From: Actinomycetota bacterium
GTDB taxonomy: Bacteria > Actinomycetota > Humimicrobiia > Humimicrobiales > Humimicrobiaceae
Direction: 5' to 3'
DNA: 64,000 nt
Assembly: GCA_028717265.1 (NCBI GenBank)
Contig: JAQUOE010000003.1
Coordinates: 825 to 64,824, forward strand
Shown: positions 58,703 to 64,000 of the stretch, in pieces
Numbering within the stretch: position 1 is the first letter of the stretch
How the letters are laid out: every line of letters starts with the position of its first letter
Program-made: the position numbers and the translations under genes
Notes under the pieces: model-generated
What the model was told of the DNA's origin: nothing
The model's input: only the letters and a program-made list of their open reading frames with translations
Database searches by the model: none

Positions 58703-59579
58703 CGCGCCAGATTGGCTCAAGAAGAAAGTCAACCTGAATAATTTTAGAATCAAGCAGGTTAAAAATCTCCTTTATGATTTACATTTAAATACTGTCTGCC
58801 AGAGTGCCGATTGCCCGAATATTTTTGAATGTTTTGGGAAAAAAATCGCGACTTTCATGTTGATGGGTGATACCTGTACCCGTAATTGTGGTTTCTGCGG
58901 AATAAAATCCGGTAAACCTCAAATCATTGACGAAAGTGAACCCTCAAGGATAGCGTCTGCGGTAAAGAAAATGAGATTAAGATATACCGTAATTACTTCT
59001 GTGACCAGAGATGACTTGCCCGACGGTGGAAGTTCCCATTTCGCGAAAACTATAAGTGAAATAAGGAAATTAAATCCTTTTTCAAAAATAGAGTGTCTGG
59101 TTCCCGATTTTAAAGGCGATACCGATGACTTGAAGATTGTTCTTATGAGTAATCCCGATGTACTGAGTCATAATATAGAGACAATAAAAAGAAATTTCTC
59201 CGCAGCCAGGGAATATTCAAATTATAAAACTTCTCTTGCGGTATTAAAATTTTCTAAACTTTTCAGACCGGATATTTACACGAAGTCCGGATTTATGCTT
59301 GGGCTCGGGGAAAGCAGGGAAGAAGTGGAAGAATTACTGACAGACCTGAAGGGAGCGGGCTGTGATATAGTTACAATAGGTCAATATCTCAGACCCTCGC
59401 CACTGAATATTCCAGTAAAGAAATATTATAAGCCGGAAGAATTCGAAAGCATAAGAGAACGAGCCATGAGTTTTGGTTTTAAAGCAGTGGAGAGCGGAAT
59501 ATTTATAAGATCTTCCTACGGAGCAGGTTTCGTACTGAATAAAATTTTAAAAGAAAGTATCAATCCAGTGATTTCTTAA
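58692..59579 (+). CDS. lipA: Lipoyl synthase LipA
   Basis: CQSADCPNIFEC, CTRNCGFC, VITSVTRDDL, HNIET, TIGQYLRPS, RSSY. Confidence 0.96.
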   Translation: MSSSAPDWLKKKVNLNNFRIKQVKNLLYDLHLNTVCQSADCPNIFECFGKKIATFMLMGDTCTRNCGFCGIKSGKPQIIDESEPSRIASAVKKMRLRYTVITSVTRDDLPDGGSSHFAKTISEIRKLNPFSKIECLVPDFKGDTDDLKIVLMSNPDVLSHNIETIKRNFSAAREYSNYKTSLAVLKFSKLFRPDIYTKSGFMLGLGESREEVEELLTDLKGAGCDIVTIGQYLRPSPLNIPVKKYYKPEEFESIRERAMSFGFKAVESGIFIRSSYGAGFVLNKILKESINPVIS

Positions 59580-59651
59580 AATGTATCTGATAAAATTTGT
59601 CATAAAAGTGATAGATATATTAATATTAATTAGCAAAAAGAAAGAATTGTT

Positions 59652-60287
59652 TTGGCAGTAGAAAAAGAACAAAGATCAAGGATTAAGAAGATAAAAAATA
59701 GTTTTTTGACTTATATGGAGCTGATAAAGACATATAATAGAATTGCAAATATCTCGAGTATAGTAAGGAGGTATTTTGCAATTAATGGTTTTGACGGAGT
59801 GATCACCAGTATCGGTATTTTAGTGGGAAATTTTATTATTGGAATCGAGGAATATAAACATGTTATCATAGCGGGTGTCGCAATAATAATTTCTCTCGGT
59901 GTTTCCGGAATCTGGAGTGCCTATTATAGCGAAACTGCTGAAAGAAAGAGAGAAATCGATGATCTGGAAGAATCGACTCTTCACAATCTGGATAAAACCA
60001 TAATATCGCGGGCACAGAAGTTTGCCGCTATTGTCCTTGCTTTTACAAATGGATTATCGCCGGTGTTAACTGCGTTTATTCCTTTGACCCCGTTTCTTTT
60101 TGGAAAATATATTCCAATAGATATTTGTTATTATAGTGGTTTTGGAATGGCATTTTTAATATTATTTGGAATGGGTCTATTTTTGGGTAAAATTTCCCGG
60201 GCAAATCTTATTATAAGTGGAATAAAAATGCTTGTAGCCGGCGGATTTTGTGTTATTTTAAGCCTGCTGTTAACGTTGATTGAGTAG
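59652..60287 (+). CDS. VIT1/CCC1-family membrane protein
   Basis: RRYFAINGFDG, SGIWSAYYSETAE acidic loop, multi-TM. Confidence 0.75.
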   Translation: MAVEKEQRSRIKKIKNSFLTYMELIKTYNRIANISSIVRRYFAINGFDGVITSIGILVGNFIIGIEEYKHVIIAGVAIIISLGVSGIWSAYYSETAERKREIDDLEESTLHNLDKTIISRAQKFAAIVLAFTNGLSPVLTAFIPLTPFLFGKYIPIDICYYSGFGMAFLILFGMGLFLGKISRANLIISGIKMLVAGGFCVILSLLLTLIE

Positions 60288-60334
60288 TTTTGGATAATCC
60301 CATAAATTTTTCGTTTAATCAAACGGTTAAAATT

Positions 60335-60369
60335 AAATCCGGCCTTACATAGAAGAAGACCGGATTTTT
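60335..60369 (-). terminator. Intrinsic terminator downstream of glnA
   Basis: Minus strand AAATCCGGTCTT...AAGGCCGGATTT followed by AATTTT. Confidence 0.6.
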
Positions 60370-60408
60370 ATCGCCATATTTTGTTGCCTATTTAACAGGT
60401 TGTAAGTT

Positions 60409-61746
60409 TTATAAAATAGGCAGGTAATTGTCCAGTTCGTAATCAGTTACCTGTATTCTGTACCTGTCCCACTCGATCTTTTTATTTTCAATAAATTTAT
60501 AGAAGATATGATCCCCAAGAGTTTCTCTTGCAAGCTTGCTTTTTTCAAAATACCTTAAAGCTTCAAAGAGGTTGTCGGGAAGGGTTTCGATTCCTGCTTT
60601 TTCTCTTCTTTCTATATCCATTTCAAAAATGTTTTCTTCTATCGGATCAGGTAAAGGATATTTATTTTTTATGCCCTGCATTCCGGCAGCGAGCATAAGG
60701 CTGAACGAAAGATATGGATTGCATGCCGGGTCGGGACATCTAAATTCGACCCTTGTCGATTTTTCTTTTCCGGGCTTATACATCGGAACCCTCACTAGAG
60801 TGGATCTGTTTCTTCTTGCCCATGAGATATAAACGGGAGCTTCATAACCGGGTACAAGTCTCTTATAGGAATTCACCCACTGGTTCGTTATTGCGACTAT
60901 TTCCTTGCTGTGGCGAAGTAATCCTGCAATAAATTGTTTACCCGTAGCTGACAGGTTGTATTTATCTTTAGGATCATGAAAGGCATTTTTGTCACCTTTG
61001 AATAATGACTGATGCGTATGCATACCACTGCCGTTGACCCCAAATATAGGTTTGGGCATAAATGTTGCATAAACTCCGTTTCTTGTTGCAACTTCCTTGA
61101 CTACCAATCTGTAGGTCATTGCATTATCTGCCATGGTCAGGGCATCAGTATATCTCAAGTCTATCTCATGCTGCGAAGGGGCTACCTCATGGTGTGAATA
61201 TTCGACACCAATACCCATAGACTCAAGATAAAGAATCGTATCTCTTCGGAGCGGGCTTGCTGCATCGAGAGTAGTTAAATCAAAATATCCGCCTCTGTCC
61301 AATGTTTCAGGCTTGCCTTTGTCGGATTTGAGGTAAAAATATTCGAGCTCCGGTCCTACATAATATGTATACCCGGATTCACTTATTTTCTTAAGTTCTT
61401 TTTTCAGTATCCATCTCGGGTCACCTTCGAAATGGGAACCATCGGGATTTAAAACATCACAAAACATTCTTGCGACCCCATTTTCTTCAGGGCTCCATGG
61501 TAACATCTGAAAAGTATTCGGATCCGGTAAAGCAATGACATCACTTTCTTCTATTCGTGAAAATCCTTCGATAGACGAACCATCGAATCCCATTCCCTCC
61601 TCAAGAGCTCCTTCCAATTCCTCCTTGGTTATGGAAAAGCTTTTTAGAATGCCCTGAACATCTGTAAACCATAATCTTATGAATTTTACATTATTGTCAT
61701 GAACTTTTTTTAATACAAATTCTTTCATCTTGCTGTCGGTTTTCAT
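60409..61746 (-). CDS. glnA: Glutamine synthetase type I (GSI-alpha-like)
   Basis: FDGSSIEG, GPELEYF, HHEVAPSQHEI, TFMPKP, NGSGMHTHQS, KRLVPGYEAP, RVEFRCPDP. Confidence 0.97.
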   Translation of the reverse strand: MKTDSKMKEFVLKKVHDNNVKFIRLWFTDVQGILKSFSITKEELEGALEEGMGFDGSSIEGFSRIEESDVIALPDPNTFQMLPWSPEENGVARMFCDVLNPDGSHFEGDPRWILKKELKKISESGYTYYVGPELEYFYLKSDKGKPETLDRGGYFDLTTLDAASPLRRDTILYLESMGIGVEYSHHEVAPSQHEIDLRYTDALTMADNAMTYRLVVKEVATRNGVYATFMPKPIFGVNGSGMHTHQSLFKGDKNAFHDPKDKYNLSATGKQFIAGLLRHSKEIVAITNQWVNSYKRLVPGYEAPVYISWARRNRSTLVRVPMYKPGKEKSTRVEFRCPDPACNPYLSFSLMLAAGMQGIKNKYPLPDPIEENIFEMDIERREKAGIETLPDNLFEALRYFEKSKLARETLGDHIFYKFIENKKIEWDRYRIQVTDYELDNYLPIL

Positions 61747-61846
61747 ATTTCACTTCCTTTTACTTTGACCGAAAATCTAATTGTTCATAATAATATCGAA
61801 CTTTTTTAATATTATATCTTAATTTTTATAAAATTTATGCAGCTTA

Positions 61847-61863
61847 TGTTAAATCTATGTTAA
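61847..61863 (-). promoter_or_regulatory. Putative GlnR-type box upstream of glnA
   Basis: Minus strand TTAACATAGATTTAACA; 16/17 identical to the site upstream of amtB. Confidence 0.7.
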
Positions 61864-61901
61864 TTTTATAATTACTGCATTATTAATTTAATAACTTATA
61901 A

Positions 61902-62243
61902 TTAACCTATCGCTTTTTCTCCCTCCTCTCCAGTTCGAATTCTGATGCACCCTGGCAGATCGAGAATAAATATTTTACCATCACCAATATTTCCGGTAAA
62001 AGCACCCTTTTTTATTGCTTCAATGGTGGGTTTTACAAAATCTTCGTTTACCGCAATTTCCAATCTTATTTTTTTTATAAGATTGACTTCATGTATAACT
62101 CCCCTGTATGTTTCCGTATACCCCTTTTGCTGACCGCAACCGAGAACATTGGTTACGGTCATTTTATAAACTTCTGCGTCAAATAATTCTTTTTTCACAT
62201 CAGGTAGTTTGTGCGGTTGTATCATTGCAATAATTAGTTTCAT
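61902..62243 (-). CDS. glnK: P-II nitrogen regulatory protein GlnK
   Basis: [11 protein letters not shown]-loop [31 protein letters not shown]; directly after amtB. Confidence 0.93.
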   Translation of the reverse strand: MKLIIAMIQPHKLPDVKKELFDAEVYKMTVTNVLGCGQQKGYTETYRGVIHEVNLIKKIRLEIAVNEDFVKPTIEAIKKGAFTGNIGDGKIFILDLPGCIRIRTGEEGEKAIG

Positions 62244-62279
62244 TTTTTATCACCTCTTCATATAAAATTTATAATAATT

Positions 62280-63578
62280 TTAGTCATTCTGGAATATCTG
62301 AAACCCGCTGTATGCTTCCATGCCGTGTTCATCAATGTCAAGACCTTTAAGTTCTGTTTCCCTGGACACCCTTAGCCCTATTATTTTCTTGATCAAAAAG
62401 AATAACAGGAGCATTGTTCCAAAAGTCCACACAAATACGCTGATTGAACCTGTAAACTGGGTAAGCAGTAATTTCCATCCACCGCCAAAAAACAATCCAT
62501 TTACACCTTCAAATCCTGCGAGACTTGCGTATTCTGACTGTGCGAAAAGACCTACAAACAAAGTACCGAAGAGACCGCAAACACCATGAACGGATACTGC
62601 TCCTACGGGATCATCGATTTTAAACTTCTTATCAAATAGTTCTACAGATATACATACAATTATTCCACACAAAACACCGATAATCATCGCGCTGTACGGC
62701 GATACGACTGCACATCCTGCAGTAATGCCAACCAGCCCGGCCAGTGCGCCGTTAAGAGTCATTGAGGCATCTGGTTTCTTGTATCGTATCCAGGTAAAGA
62801 ACATTGCGCCAAGTGCTCCTGTCGAAGCAGCGAGTGTGGTTGTAACAGCTACAGTGGATATGGCGGGGCTGCTTGCAGAAAGAGTGCTTCCCGGATTAAA
62901 TCCGTACCACCCGAACCATAAAATAAATACTCCAAGTGCCGCAAGTGGAATATTGTGACCGGTTATAGCATTTGAAGATCCATCCCTGTTATATTTACCA
63001 AGTCTTGGACCAAGCATGATGGCCCCGGCGAGTCCGGCCCATCCGCCCACGGAGTGAACTACAGTAGAACCGGCAAAGTCAATCATTCCCATATTTGCCA
63101 GCCATCCGCCGCCCCAGATCCAGTGACCTACTACGGGATATATCAGAGCTGATATAAATACTGAGTAGATCAAATAGTTTTTAAATTTGATCCTTTCGGC
63201 AACAGCCCCGGAAACGATAGTAGCTGCAGTAGCGGCAAATACGGTCTGGAATATCCAGAAGGCAAAATTCGAAGTATCCGACTGTCCTATTATAGAAACA
63301 ATAAAGTTATTGGTTCCGATAAAACCTCCTGCATCTTTACCAAACATTAATCCGAATCCAATAAGAAAAAATAGAACACTTCCTATACAAAAATCGATCA
63401 GATTTTTCATAAGAATATTTACAGAGTTTTTGGCTCTTGTAAAGCCGGTCTCTACCATGGCGAATCCGGCCTGCATAAAAAATACCAGAAATGCAGTTAC
63501 CAGGATCCACACAGTATCCATATTAGTTGCCAGGTTTTCCATTTTTAACCTCCTTTGATTTTTTATAATGTAGAGCAT
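62280..63578 (-). CDS. amtB: Ammonium transporter AmtB (probable start at MENLATNMD)
   Basis: FMQAGF, SGAVAER, DFAGSTVVH, WFGWYGFN, DDPVGAVSVHG. Confidence 0.97.
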   Translation of the reverse strand: MLYIIKNQRRLKMENLATNMDTVWILVTAFLVFFMQAGFAMVETGFTRAKNSVNILMKNLIDFCIGSVLFFLIGFGLMFGKDAGGFIGTNNFIVSIIGQSDTSNFAFWIFQTVFAATAATIVSGAVAERIKFKNYLIYSVFISALIYPVVGHWIWGGGWLANMGMIDFAGSTVVHSVGGWAGLAGAIMLGPRLGKYNRDGSSNAITGHNIPLAALGVFILWFGWYGFNPGSTLSASSPAISTVAVTTTLAASTGALGAMFFTWIRYKKPDASMTLNGALAGLVGITAGCAVVSPYSAMIIGVLCGIIVCISVELFDKKFKIDDPVGAVSVHGVCGLFGTLFVGLFAQSEYASLAGFEGVNGLFFGGGWKLLLTQFTGSISVFVWTFGTMLLLFFLIKKIIGLRVSRETELKGLDIDEHGMEAYSGFQIFQND

Positions 63579-63591
63579 TTTACAACATTGA

Positions 63592-63630
63592 TTTTACGGG
63601 AAGGTTACGTTTCTGTTAAAACTATGTTAA
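63592..63630 (-). promoter_or_regulatory. Putative GlnR-type box array upstream of amtB
   Basis: Minus strand TTAAC-n6-TTAAC-n6-GTAAC-n6-GTAAA, the 11-bp a/b-site periodicity of actinobacterial GlnR boxes (gTnAc-n6-GaAAc). Confidence 0.7.
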
Positions 63631-63672
63631 TTCTTAAAAGCTCAGATACTATTAGTTTTGAGCCACTAAGGA

Positions 63673-63999
63673 CTAAATTTGAGAAGAAAACATATAGCCA
63701 ACATTTCTGACAGTTTTTAACATGAGATTATATGGTGGAGGGATTTTGGAGCGGAGCCTTCGCATATGCACATCCACGGTTCTGCTGCCGCCATAGAAAT
63801 CATACTCCCAGACTGCAGATAAGAGCTTATTTCGGGTGAATACTTTATTCTGGTTCTGCATGAGGATTTTTAAAAGTTCGAATTCTTTAAAAGTGACCTC
63901 TACGGGTTTCCGGTCAACTGTTATTTCATACTTATCTATATCTAATATCAGTCCGCCTGTTACGATGGCATTTTTGGAAGGTAAAAGATCCTTTTTTTG
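63673..63999 (-). CDS. glnR: OmpR/PhoB-family regulator C-terminal domain, GlnR-like (5' part beyond window)
   Basis: Frame open to window end: ...GGLILDIDKYEITVDRKPVEVTFKEFELL...VWEYDFYGGSRTVDVHMRRLRSKI...TVRNVGYMF, resembling GlnR [23 protein letters not shown]...TVRNVGYRF; adjacent to amtB. Confidence 0.7.
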   Translation of the reverse strand, partial: QKKDLLPSKNAIVTGGLILDIDKYEITVDRKPVEVTFKEFELLKILMQNQNKVFTRNKLLSAVWEYDFYGGSRTVDVHMRRLRSKIPPPYNLMLKTVRNVGYMFSSQI

Positions 64000-64000
64000 A

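Noticed and set aside
407-63558. Numerous 60-200 aa ORFs nested antisense or out of frame within identified genes (e.g. 7640-8260, 15276-15836, 38132-38641, 57499-57960)
   Set aside because: Shadow ORFs of well-supported genes, with no domain signatures
1-64000. CRISPR array, rRNA or tRNA genes
   Set aside because: No regularly spaced 25-45 bp repeats or tRNA/rRNA signatures were seen by eye in the mostly AT-rich intergenic gaps; tRNAscan/Infernal were not run

Overview
AT-rich bacterial chromosome segment spanning the replication origin. Probably a deep-branching Actinomycetota; this is inferred from a bS22/AURKAIP1-type peptide, an OmpR-type GlnR beside amtB-glnK and a PatA-like acyltransferase. 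The origin block is dnaN-dnaA on the minus strand, divergent from rpmH-rnpA-yidD-yidC-jag-mnmE-[mnmG-like]-mnmG-rsmG-parA-parB, with two perfect parS sites. The rest is housekeeping and accessory genes: nrdR, an intein-split class II RNR (nrdJ) with tandem NrdR boxes, pstSCA, panGBCD, glnR-amtB-glnK-glnA, lipA, a PadR/HAAS/Toastrack operon, an SBP-HtrA-ECF sigma locus, a GGDEF/HD-GYP protein, ABC exporters and an IS3 remnant. Most notable observations: (1) an uncharacterised GHKL-ATPase/winged-HTH gene 12 bp upstream of dnaA, inside the origin region; (2) origin intergenic regions with no canonical TTATCCACA but many TT(T/C)TNAACA 9-mers, arranged with DnaA-trio-like repeats like a Bacillus unwinding site; (3) a tandem parS+mnmG duplication whose first copy lost both catalytic Cys and the C-terminal domain; (4) rnpA with no canonical in-frame start codon. 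No rRNA, tRNA or CRISPR array was seen. All assignments are by eye; no searches were run.
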